From positions 112,211 to 176,210 of IMG/VR virus record IMGVR_UViG_3300034082_004296: a DNA stretch of 64,000 nt; one strand, 5' to 3'. Below are positions 50,608 to 59,382 of this stretch, in pieces. The position numbers and the translations under genes are program-made. The notes below the pieces were generated by a model that was given only the letters and a program-made list of their open reading frames with translations, was not told the origin of the DNA and did not search any database. Every line of letters begins with the position of its first letter. The stretch's first letter is position 1. This stretch comes from a virus.

Positions 50608-51672
50608 ATGAAAAGTTTATATGCATATTTTGGTCTACTTGACCTACATGATATTGATTCTCCAGGACATTCTCTATATCAAATAGGATTAGTTGATTCC
50701 TTAAGAGAATCATTTGGTGAAGAAAAATTTGATTTTTATTCGTATTATCCAGAAGAAGTAATTAAGTCGGCTTCTCTCAATAGCTTTCCAGAAACCGAGT
50801 TAGGGAAGCTTTTTTATAAGTACCGAATCGAACTATTTGACCATCCTATTCATAACATAGATGAAGTATTGGGATTAATTTCTCAAAAAGCTTATTCTAA
50901 ACTTTATTTAAAGGCTAGATTTAGAAACCTTTCGACTCTTTCTAAAAAATGGAAGGATGCTCGAGATTTTGATAAGATTATTGAATGTGCAATCGTTTCA
51001 GGTTACTCAAAGGACAGCATAATTATCTTAGATACAGATCTTTCTCTTTCTGATAAGTTTGTCGAGCAGAATAAAGACTTTGTGACCATCTTAATTCCAT
51101 CTATTGATTTTCCAGGAATATCTAACATGTTTCTTGTAGACTGCGTTAACTTGAACCTTTCACAACATAAAAAAGGAATATCTAGTGTATTTTATGGAAA
51201 TATTGATACTTCTAAATACAAGAGTGGAAACTCAAAAAGTGAAATCTTGCCGGACGCCCTTAAATGGATTGCTCGTAATCACTGGTCAAAGGATGAAGAT
51301 TTTCATCTAATCTGTAAGCGGAATGATTTTGATTCCCTTTCAAATAAGCTATCATCTACTCATCATGTAGATAGAAAAAATAGAGTTAAGATTTGGGAAA
51401 CGCTAGAATCTTCAAGAATAATGGTAAATATTACTAAAGAAAAATATAACGATCGACGATTTATTCCGGCTCGCATATTTGAGGCAATGATATTTGGCAT
51501 GATTCCAGTTTCATACAAGTTTGACTTTATGTGTCCAGCATTTTCATTTGATACTCTTGAAGATCTATTTGAAATCTATGCATATTTAGGTGAATGTGAC
51601 GAATTTGGACTAGAGCAAGCATATAAGCATTTTATAAACAGTTACCTAGACTACATGACATCTCCCCAATAA
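50608..51672 (+). CDS. GT-B glycosyltransferase resembling T4 DNA beta-glucosyltransferase
   Basis: VFYGN...KSG and KEKYNDRRFIPARIFEA, compared from memory with T4 BGT IYGG...RSG and DKNYNDNFITLRVWET. Confidence 0.55.
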   Translation: MKSLYAYFGLLDLHDIDSPGHSLYQIGLVDSLRESFGEEKFDFYSYYPEEVIKSASLNSFPETELGKLFYKYRIELFDHPIHNIDEVLGLISQKAYSKLYLKARFRNLSTLSKKWKDARDFDKIIECAIVSGYSKDSIIILDTDLSLSDKFVEQNKDFVTILIPSIDFPGISNMFLVDCVNLNLSQHKKGISSVFYGNIDTSKYKSGNSKSEILPDALKWIARNHWSKDEDFHLICKRNDFDSLSNKLSSTHHVDRKNRVKIWETLESSRIMVNITKEKYNDRRFIPARIFEAMIFGMIPVSYKFDFMCPAFSFDTLEDLFEIYAYLGECDEFGLEQAYKHFINSYLDYMTSPQ

Positions 51673-51730
51673 GTTACACTAGATTAAAATAAGGTCGGTC
51701 TTATAAATAATAAAAAAAGCTGGCCCTTTT

Positions 51731-53029
51731 ATGAAACTTTTATTTTTAATCGTATTCCTACTTGGAATTTCAAGCATTGTTAACTCGCAATGTAACCAAT
51801 ATCAAATCTACGAAAGTTTTACAGGTACCTTACCGACACAAGGTGGAACTTGGACTGCTAATTCAATGATAGCAGTAACCTCTCCAGTACGTACTGGAAC
51901 CCATGCAATTGGATTTAATGGTTCAGGCGATTGGATCAGAACTCCACAAATGGCTAGTCCAGGAATATTAAATTTTTGGTACAGAAGAAGCTCTAATTCT
52001 ACTGCATGGACGCTAAATGTTCAGACTTCACCAAATGGAACCACTTGGACTACTAGAGGTTCAATTACCACAGTCACTACTACGTATCAACAGTATACCC
52101 TAAATATTGGAGCCCTTAGTCTAACTAATATTTTTATTAGGTTAATTGATGCTAGGTCCTCTGGTGCACATGAAAGATATGTTGAAGACTTATCAATAAC
52201 TTCAACAGCTGCATCGTCTAACATTTTACTTCCTATCCTAGGATCATGTACTCAGACTCTCAACTCAAGTCTAACATATAACTTAGCTGATGACGGTGGC
52301 CCAGCCGGGCCTATATCGACTGGGTATAGTAACAATGTTGATCGTACCCTAACTCTCACTCCATCCGACAATACACTAAAACTACAGTTATCATTTACCC
52401 AAATGGATCTAGAGACCAGTTATGATTATCTATATGTTTATGATGGACCAACTACTTCTGCTACTCTTTTGGCAACACTAAACGGAACAGTCATACCTTC
52501 TGACATAACTGCGACGAATTCGACAGGTCAACTCACGATCCGATGGACTAGCGATGTCTCTAACATAGGAGCTTGGGGAGGATTTATGGCTAGTGTAAAG
52601 TCAATATCTGTTGTGCCGTTACCTGTTGAATTACTCTATTTTGAAGGTGATGTATATCCCTCTTTTAATAGCTTGAAATGGGCGACAGCATCAGAGCAAA
52701 ACTCTTCACATTTTATCATTGAGCGTTCAACTGACGGATATTATTGGAGAGAGATAGTAAAAAAGCCAGCCGCTGAAAATTCTAATCAGCTCATAAATTA
52801 CTATTACTTGGATAATATCGAAGATTTTGTTTTGCATTATTATCGATTAATTCAATGTGATATTGATGGAACGAATATGATATATGGACCGATCGCTATA
52901 GATAACCGTGAAAAATCAAAAAAGGTGGTCAAGTGGATTAATATGTTTGGTCAAGAGGTTAGCGAATACGAAAACGGAGTGATCTTTATAGTATATGAAG
53001 ACGGATCAACTAAAAAAGTGATCCGATAA
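51731..53029 (+). CDS. Secreted CUB-domain protein with Bacteroidota T9SS-cargo-like C-terminus
   Basis: Signal peptide; CUB (LSFTQMDLETSYDYLYVYDG...WTSDVS...GF); PLPVELLYF...WATASEQNSSHFIIERSTDG; C-terminal NMFGQEV...IVYEDGSTKKV; late box TATAAATAA 51702-51710. Confidence 0.8.
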   Translation: MKLLFLIVFLLGISSIVNSQCNQYQIYESFTGTLPTQGGTWTANSMIAVTSPVRTGTHAIGFNGSGDWIRTPQMASPGILNFWYRRSSNSTAWTLNVQTSPNGTTWTTRGSITTVTTTYQQYTLNIGALSLTNIFIRLIDARSSGAHERYVEDLSITSTAASSNILLPILGSCTQTLNSSLTYNLADDGGPAGPISTGYSNNVDRTLTLTPSDNTLKLQLSFTQMDLETSYDYLYVYDGPTTSATLLATLNGTVIPSDITATNSTGQLTIRWTSDVSNIGAWGGFMASVKSISVVPLPVELLYFEGDVYPSFNSLKWATASEQNSSHFIIERSTDGYYWREIVKKPAAENSNQLINYYYLDNIEDFVLHYYRLIQCDIDGTNMIYGPIAIDNREKSKKVVKWINMFGQEVSEYENGVIFIVYEDGSTKKVIR

Positions 53030-53054
53030 GATAAATAATAAGAAAGATCTATTT

Positions 53055-54887
53055 ATGTCAAATATAACTCTAACTGAGAGTCAAGCTCAACAGTTCAGAA
53101 TGTTTAATTCAGTAATTGAATCAGCTGAACCTAGACTTTCAAGCATTCTTACTTTTGATAACCTAGTAAACGAAGCACATGCTTTGAGAGTAATTGAATC
53201 AAATATTCCAGAAAGCTTAAAATTTGATCTTCACCTTGATATGATTTTAAGAGACGGCAGCCGAAACGTTGCTGATTACTATAAATCAATGTCAAACGGA
53301 ACTAATTACATATTGGAAGCTGCTAGAAAAGTATTTCCAAATGACTCAAAGATAACTGAATCTATCGAAAGTTTCAAGGAATATATGGTCTCCATGTTAA
53401 ATGAAGACGCATTATCATTAGGCAATCCTATTATGTCTGCTGGTGGAATTGATACTGCTCTAGCCGGTGGACCTCTTCAACCAAGAGCAGGTAGCGGTTT
53501 TTGGTCAGTTCTCAAAGGCTTATGGAATGCAGTTACTGAAGGCGGATCTCTTATAGGAGTCGTCCATTTTATCATTGATATTGTTGGACTCTTTGGTGAT
53601 TTTATTTTTCCTGGAGTCGGAGTATGTGCTGACCTTATTAATGCTGCAATATATGCTATTCGTGGAGAGTGGATGCTATGTGCAATCTCAGTAATTGCAG
53701 CTGTTGTGATAGGTTTTGGTGACGCTCTTAAATTAGTTAAATTTGCAGCCAAACCTGCTGAAAAAGTAATGGTCGCTTGCGCTAAGGGTCAAACTAAAGA
53801 GGCTGCTGAGATGATGGCAAAAATGAGTGCTAAGGAGAGTGGAGGAGTCATAAAAATTCTTACACAAATCTTTGGAAATATTGGAGGTGCTCTAGGAAAA
53901 GCAACCTCACTTATTGGAAAACTGACACAAGGTATTGGTAAAGTAGTAGATTATATTCCAGGACTAGGTGCGCTTTTGAGACCAATATTCGATGGGATAG
54001 GAAAAGTCCTTACTAAGTTTGGGGAAAAAATGTCACTAGGTAGTGCCACCTTTAAACTAGCAACAACTTCAGCAAAAGAGGCTGCTGCCGTTACTATTCA
54101 TCAAGCTTTAAAAGGAGGCGGTGACATTATATTTGATGGTTCATGGGTAAAGGTAGTCAATAAGGAAGGCAAGCAAGTAGGAAAGTACCCATTCAAACAG
54201 TTTGAGAAGATAAGCGCTGATGAATTCATGGAAGCTGCAGTAAAAAAGGCTGGCGATCGAGCAAGTGCTCGAATCTTATATAAGAATGGTAAAGATTATG
54301 CTAAGGTCACCAAGACTCTTGAAAAAGACGCAGTTCAAGATTCTATGAGAAAAAGAGCATTTGAATATTTCGGTACTACTGCTTTTTGGAAGGGATCAAA
54401 GAGAATGTATAAAGACTTTATGTTTTTTGTCGGTAAGCAGATCTATAAGATAATATTTAAGACTGATTGGGTTGACGGTGCAAATAATAAATGGTCAGAA
54501 AGAGAAGTCGGGGGCCATGGCAACGGTGCATTCAACCATTGGATTGACAATCGGATAAAGGATGAGATGGATGAGAAAGGAGCAGTATACTTGCCTGCAT
54601 TGGACTTAGACTCAGAAGATCAAGAGGTTGTCGACAAGGTCACTGAATACCAAAACCATTATGCTAAACTTTACGGTCAACCTACAATCATGAATGTTGT
54701 TACCAAGACATATGATAAGGAAGGGGCCACCAAAGAATATGCAGCCTTTTTTGATGATATCGCATCTGGAAAAGTTAAGAGGGGCGGGACTGGTGATAAA
54801 GTTGACCACTCAATATCTGATACTCTTACTGAGGGTCGTGCGCCAATTGTAAAAAAGATAATGAATTTTTCAGATTTTAACCGATGA
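53055..54887 (+). CDS. Putative capsid-packaged membrane-inserting protein with pre-toxin-TG-like segment
   Basis: N-terminal xxE[SA] sites; HFIIDIVGLFGDFIFPGVGVCADLINAAIYAIRGEW; C-terminal IMNFSDFNR tag; late box 53030-53038. Confidence 0.55.
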   Translation: MSNITLTESQAQQFRMFNSVIESAEPRLSSILTFDNLVNEAHALRVIESNIPESLKFDLHLDMILRDGSRNVADYYKSMSNGTNYILEAARKVFPNDSKITESIESFKEYMVSMLNEDALSLGNPIMSAGGIDTALAGGPLQPRAGSGFWSVLKGLWNAVTEGGSLIGVVHFIIDIVGLFGDFIFPGVGVCADLINAAIYAIRGEWMLCAISVIAAVVIGFGDALKLVKFAAKPAEKVMVACAKGQTKEAAEMMAKMSAKESGGVIKILTQIFGNIGGALGKATSLIGKLTQGIGKVVDYIPGLGALLRPIFDGIGKVLTKFGEKMSLGSATFKLATTSAKEAAAVTIHQALKGGGDIIFDGSWVKVVNKEGKQVGKYPFKQFEKISADEFMEAAVKKAGDRASARILYKNGKDYAKVTKTLEKDAVQDSMRKRAFEYFGTTAFWKGSKRMYKDFMFFVGKQIYKIIFKTDWVDGANNKWSEREVGGHGNGAFNHWIDNRIKDEMDEKGAVYLPALDLDSEDQEVVDKVTEYQNHYAKLYGQPTIMNVVTKTYDKEGATKEYAAFFDDIASGKVKRGGTGDKVDHSISDTLTEGRAPIVKKIMNFSDFNR

Positions 54888-55732
54888 AATTAAAAAACTT
54901 TAAGAGTTACTCTGAATACTATTCAAAGGATCCAAATAACTTTGAAAAAAAGATAGCCCTAGCATCATCTGGTAGCCAGCACCCTCTATTTGAAAACTTT
55001 TCCACGTTTGATGACGCAATAACTGCTACAAAGTCCGTGCCCGTAATAATTTGGGGAAACTTTAGGTTTTCAAGCATGAACGAAAATTTTTGTAGTGTTG
55101 TCTATAATCAGGGAAATATTCCTTCAAAAAAGGAGATATCGACTGTCTTCAAGGAAGAGGATTTTGTACCAAAGGTAGTAAAGGATAGGTCTTTAATAAA
55201 AAAGATGAGCTTTCCGATCACTGGAGTTTTTGGAGAAGAGGAAGAAGACTTTAAAACATATGGACAGTTTAAAAAGTCCGAGAGATTTTTTGATCACTTT
55301 AAGGAGAAACTTGTACCTACGTCTAAATTTGAGGTGCTAGCAGTCGACGGTAAACCCGTACATGCACATAAGAAGATAATTAATAACTCATTCGATATTG
55401 ATCTTACTCGATGGAAACATTTAGGGGAGGCAGAATCAATCTGTAAAAAGATCCATTCTAAGTATTCTCCCGATTTTTATGTGGTCTCTCTGCTTGAAGC
55501 AAATGGCCAACTTTACCTAGATTCGATAACTAGAAACATTGACCTCACCCCAGTACAGAGTGTAAGGTTATACGAGGCAGCCTATCGAAAATATTATGAG
55601 ACTGATTTGCCTTACTGGTTTAGAAAAAAGGTTTTTGAGGATCACGTAAAGCCATATTATATCAAGAAGTACTATGATTCTCTGCTAATTAAGCCGACTG
55701 GTACAATCGACTATGAAAAATACTTAAACTAA
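54884..55732 (+). CDS. ATP-grasp (RimK-like) fold protein, apparently catalytically degenerate
   Basis: FVPKVV...MSFPIT, FKEKL...KFEVLAVDGK, PDFYVVSL...GQLYLDSI follow the ATP-grasp layout but lack the K, ExR, D and ExN residues. Confidence 0.45.
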   Translation: MKLKNFKSYSEYYSKDPNNFEKKIALASSGSQHPLFENFSTFDDAITATKSVPVIIWGNFRFSSMNENFCSVVYNQGNIPSKKEISTVFKEEDFVPKVVKDRSLIKKMSFPITGVFGEEEEDFKTYGQFKKSERFFDHFKEKLVPTSKFEVLAVDGKPVHAHKKIINNSFDIDLTRWKHLGEAESICKKIHSKYSPDFYVVSLLEANGQLYLDSITRNIDLTPVQSVRLYEAAYRKYYETDLPYWFRKKVFEDHVKPYYIKKYYDSLLIKPTGTIDYEKYLN

Positions 55733-55920
55733 TGCTGATCATTAATTGTAAGGGTAAAAAGATAGAGTGGGTTCTTAAGAAATACAGACAACGAGTAGAC
55801 TCTACTGGACAGTTGGATGAGCTTAGACAGAGAAAGGAGTTTGAAAAACCAAGTGTCAAAAAGAGAAAAATAAAGCAGAGAGCGCAATATAAATCTAAAA
55901 ATAACGATGCTAAGATTTAA
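55732..55920 (+). CDS. rpsU: Ribosomal protein bS21 (Bacteroidota-type)
   Basis: MLII...IEWVLKKYRQRV...LDELRQRKEFEKPSVKKR bS21 signature. Confidence 0.9.
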   Translation: MLIINCKGKKIEWVLKKYRQRVDSTGQLDELRQRKEFEKPSVKKRKIKQRAQYKSKNNDAKI

Positions 55921-56401
55921 AGACTTTTTAAACGAGCGATGGGGCAAAGACATGTTACCTAAAGATAGAAGAGCGGCTGGCGTAGCAATCGTTTGGGAAA
56001 ACCGAATACTTTTGGTCCATCCAACAAATTCTTCCTGGAAAAAAGCAACATGTGGAATACCCAAGGGAAAGCTTGAACCTGGTGAGGATCCAGTGTCTGG
56101 TGCTCTTCGTGAGCTTGAGGAAGAGACAGGAATAGTATTGGACGAGAGCCAGCTTGACCCGGAATCGAATAGCGTTGATTTCTATAATGCAAAGGGAGAG
56201 CCTGATGGGTCCTTAATCTATTTTGTATGTACAATATCTGATCTTGCTGAAATAGGTCTGGATTCAGATCGTGTGCCTAAGGGCCAACTCCAGCTAGAAG
56301 AGGTGGATTGGGGAAAGTTTGTTAGTGCTGAAGAAGCATATCCAATATGTACTAGAAACCAGCTAATCATCCTAGATCGGCACATTACTTTGAATAAATA
56401 A
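55907..56401 (+). CDS. Nudix hydrolase with capsid-targeting-like tag
   Basis: Nudix box GKLEPGEDPVSGALRELEEETGI; N-terminus MLRFKDFLNE. Confidence 0.9.
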   Translation: MLRFKDFLNERWGKDMLPKDRRAAGVAIVWENRILLVHPTNSSWKKATCGIPKGKLEPGEDPVSGALRELEEETGIVLDESQLDPESNSVDFYNAKGEPDGSLIYFVCTISDLAEIGLDSDRVPKGQLQLEEVDWGKFVSAEEAYPICTRNQLIILDRHITLNK

Positions 56402-56421
56402 CTAAAACATCCGATATTTTC

Positions 56422-57765
56422 GTGAGACCTTTAAACTTTAATACCTGGAATTCTTTAAATGAGACTGTTGCATTCGATCCCAGTGCAAACTATCCAGACA
56501 AGACATTTGGTTATGCTTCCGGTTCAGTCGATGCAGCTAAAGTAGTTGCCGGCGGCGCTGGAGGAAATTGGGGCGGGTCCATGTCAAGAGCACTATGGTT
56601 TGCTCGAGTAGCCGATGATTGGGCCAAGGCCAATGGAAAAACCGGATCACTAATTACTTCTCAAAAAAGATCTAGACAAAAGACTGATTCAGGCAATACA
56701 TCAGACCATTATGAGGGCAATTCGGATGCATATGCAGTCGATATCGCAGCTGCTGGTGCTGAAGGAGACGAGATACTTGCGTATATTATGCAAAAGTTTG
56801 GATACCCAGAATATAAAGGAGGTTCATGGTTTAACATAACAATCAATGGTTATCGATACCAGGTAGGCTGGAGAGTCAAAAACCATTTTGATCACATCCA
56901 TGTAGGGGTAAAAAGAGTAGTTGGCGGAAAGGATACCCCGACTGGAAAAAAGGGAACATTTGGTGAAAAGATGGCGAGTAACTCAGAAGTAGTTGCATGG
57001 TTTGCTAAGCATGCTTCGAATGTCACACTGAGTGGCGCTTTCATTGATAACCTAATAAAGGATGATCCTGAAAAGCCTAAGAAACTAGAATGGTTTAAGA
57101 AAAAATTCAATGTCACTGATTTAGGTGATCCAGTTAAACCTAAATCATCTAATGATATTGTAATAACTGCACCTGATTGGTGGATATCAATGACTAAAAA
57201 AGTAATAGATAATTTTGAAGGCGGTTATTGGAATCATTGGGAGTGTAAAAATCATCCATATTCAGCAATGTATGCAAATTCTGGAGAGACCTTATTTGGC
57301 TTAGACCGGAAGGCTGGCCAAATAGAGAAGATTTGCCCTGCCGGTAAAAAATTCTTTGCAATTATTGATGGAGAAAAAGCAACACTAAAGGATAAGTTTT
57401 GTGAAGTATGGAAATATAACTATCGTGGCGGAAAGTTAGAGGACGAATTAAAGCTTCTTGCTGCAGAAACGATGTGGTTCTCATACAATGCAAATATGGA
57501 AGCTTTTTCAAAACATCCGGAAACTAAGAATAGGATTGAAAAAAATAAGGGCTTGGTTTTACACATGTCATATGCTTGCTGGAATGGTCCAGGATTCTTC
57601 CAAAAGTTTGTCAAAGCTCTTGAAAAAGGGGTAAAAGAGGGAAAATCAGACAAACAACTCATTGAGATTGCTAAGACTACTAGAGCAGCCGCTCTGTCAG
57701 GTTACTGGGCAAAAGGATCAGCTACTGTAAATAAGTTAATTGATAAAGAGGCAGGGCTCGCATAA
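56422..57765 (+). CDS. Two-domain peptidoglycan hydrolase candidate (M15/LAS-type Zn peptidase plus lysozyme-like GH108-type domain)
   Basis: SDHYEG...AVDI...HFDHIHVG; FEGGYWNH...SGETLFGL; GTG start after late box 56393-56401. Confidence 0.65.
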   Translation: MRPLNFNTWNSLNETVAFDPSANYPDKTFGYASGSVDAAKVVAGGAGGNWGGSMSRALWFARVADDWAKANGKTGSLITSQKRSRQKTDSGNTSDHYEGNSDAYAVDIAAAGAEGDEILAYIMQKFGYPEYKGGSWFNITINGYRYQVGWRVKNHFDHIHVGVKRVVGGKDTPTGKKGTFGEKMASNSEVVAWFAKHASNVTLSGAFIDNLIKDDPEKPKKLEWFKKKFNVTDLGDPVKPKSSNDIVITAPDWWISMTKKVIDNFEGGYWNHWECKNHPYSAMYANSGETLFGLDRKAGQIEKICPAGKKFFAIIDGEKATLKDKFCEVWKYNYRGGKLEDELKLLAAETMWFSYNANMEAFSKHPETKNRIEKNKGLVLHMSYACWNGPGFFQKFVKALEKGVKEGKSDKQLIEIAKTTRAAALSGYWAKGSATVNKLIDKEAGLA

Positions 57766-57826
57766 TTTCAAACTATTTTAAAACTTTATCCAAGACATTG
57801 AGTTTAATATTCTAAAATTAAACATT

Positions 57827-58315
57827 ATGTCTGAAGAAAAAACAACAACCGAAGAACAAGAAGTATTGATTGAAGAGACTCAAGATGCCATGCCAGAAGG
57901 AGTACATTTCTTAGAGGAACCTCAAGCAGAACTTAGTGAATTAGATGCTGCCATTCAAGCTAGAATGGGACATTTTCCAATTGAGATCTCGCCAGCAGAT
58001 CTAAAATACATTAAGAACCTACTAAACAATAAGATCGAGTGGAAAGGGCCAAACGAAGCATACTTGATGCTAATGTCACTTCTTTCTATCTCTAGCGAGC
58101 TTAAAGAAAGAGATTCTCAATCAAACGAAAGAGTGTCAATACACCTTCCTTCTACTACTCTTGAGTCAATCAACTTTTTCTTAAATCGAGTTACTGGTAA
58201 GGGTGAAGAATCTGCACATAGATTATTTGCAGTATCTATGTTGCTTCGTCCTGCAATGGAGCAAATTAAAAAACTTGACGAAGTTATTGAAAAATTACAA
58301 TCTGAGGAAAAATAA
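57827..58315 (+). CDS. Hypothetical protein
   Basis: 162 aa, acidic N-terminus. Confidence 0.6.
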   Translation: MSEEKTTTEEQEVLIEETQDAMPEGVHFLEEPQAELSELDAAIQARMGHFPIEISPADLKYIKNLLNNKIEWKGPNEAYLMLMSLLSISSELKERDSQSNERVSIHLPSTTLESINFFLNRVTGKGEESAHRLFAVSMLLRPAMEQIKKLDEVIEKLQSEEK

Positions 58316-58353
58316 ATCATTACTTAGATAAATAATAAAAAAGTTTATTAAAG

Positions 58354-58719
58354 ATGAAAGTAAAAAACTTTGCAGGGTTTATGAAAACTCGCAGAATGAA
58401 CGAAAGCGACGGCATGGAAGGTGCTGAAGACACTGGATACGGAACTAATCCTGAAGAAGAAATGAACATGGGATATTATGGGTATGGCGCCAATCCTGAA
58501 GAAGAGGAAGAGCCTGCTGAAGGTGAAGAGGGAGAAGGTGAAGAAGGAGCAGAAGAGGAATTAACTCTTGAAGACCTTAAAGCCATGATCGATGACCTAA
58601 CTGAGAGAGTTAAGAAACTTGAACCAGAAGAGGAAGGTGAAGAGGGAGAAGAAGGTGAGGAAGGTGAGGAGCCTGCTGAAGGAGAAGCTAAACCTGCAGA
58701 AAAGGAAGCCAACATTTAA
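58354..58719 (+). CDS. Highly acidic putative prohead core protein, paralog 1
   Basis: Tag VKNFAGF...MNE; Glu/Gly tracts; EELTLEDLKAMIDDLTERVKKLE; late box 58327-58335. Confidence 0.6.
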   Translation: MKVKNFAGFMKTRRMNESDGMEGAEDTGYGTNPEEEMNMGYYGYGANPEEEEEPAEGEEGEGEEGAEEELTLEDLKAMIDDLTERVKKLEPEEEGEEGEEGEEGEEPAEGEAKPAEKEANI

Positions 58720-58740
58720 TTAAAAGCGTATCATACACTT

Positions 58741-58768
58741 AAAGCGAATGGAAACATTCGCTTTTTTT
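58741..58768 (+). terminator. Intrinsic terminator
   Basis: AAAGCGAATG-GAAA-CATTCGCTTT followed by T tract. Confidence 0.9.
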
Positions 58769-58800
58769 GTCAAGATAAATAACAAAAAATAAAATATATT

Positions 58801-59064
58801 ATGTCTGCAAAAAAATTTAATAATTTTATGAAAATCGGCCGTTTAATTGAATCTCAAGATGGAATGGAAATAGGATATTTTCCAAAACCAGAAGACTGGT
58901 CTAAGGAAATGAGCAGATCTGCCAGTATTTATGGAGCAATGGATGAACCTGAAGAGTTAACCTTAAATAGTCTTAATTCAAAGATTAATGATTTAGAATC
59001 AGAAATAGCTAGGCTATCATCAAGACTTGAACAATTAGAATCTAATGGGAATAACGATTATTAA
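58801..59064 (+). CDS. Putative prohead core protein, paralog 2
   Basis: Tag KKFNNF...LIE; EELTLNSLNSKINDLESEIARL; late box 58774-58782. Confidence 0.55.
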   Translation: MSAKKFNNFMKIGRLIESQDGMEIGYFPKPEDWSKEMSRSASIYGAMDEPEELTLNSLNSKINDLESEIARLSSRLEQLESNGNNDY

Positions 59065-59374
59065 TTTTGATCAATTCGTAACTTCCATTAAAACTAACGA
59101 AAATTCAGACCTTGACTGGAGCGATAAGAATTGGGACGAAGCGGGCATGGATGCCGAAAATCCACCTAACTCTGGTCTGGAAGGAACTAGCGCAGAAACA
59201 ATGGATTATACTGCAGGTGACTATGGAGAAACCAGTGATGAAGTAGAAATTGAGGAAGATGAGACTGAGGTTGATCGTACAGCCAAATCTAAGGAGGAGA
59301 CCGATATGATAAAAGCCTTAATTGACGACCTTACTGATCGTGTATCAAACCTTGAAAAAATAAAACAAACGTAA
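59045..59374 (+). CDS. Acidic putative prohead core protein, paralog 3
   Basis: Tag IINFDQF...TNE; MIKALIDDLTDRVSNLE. Confidence 0.55.
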   Translation: MGITIINFDQFVTSIKTNENSDLDWSDKNWDEAGMDAENPPNSGLEGTSAETMDYTAGDYGETSDEVEIEEDETEVDRTAKSKEETDMIKALIDDLTDRVSNLEKIKQT

Positions 59375-59382
59375 TTTCTTAA

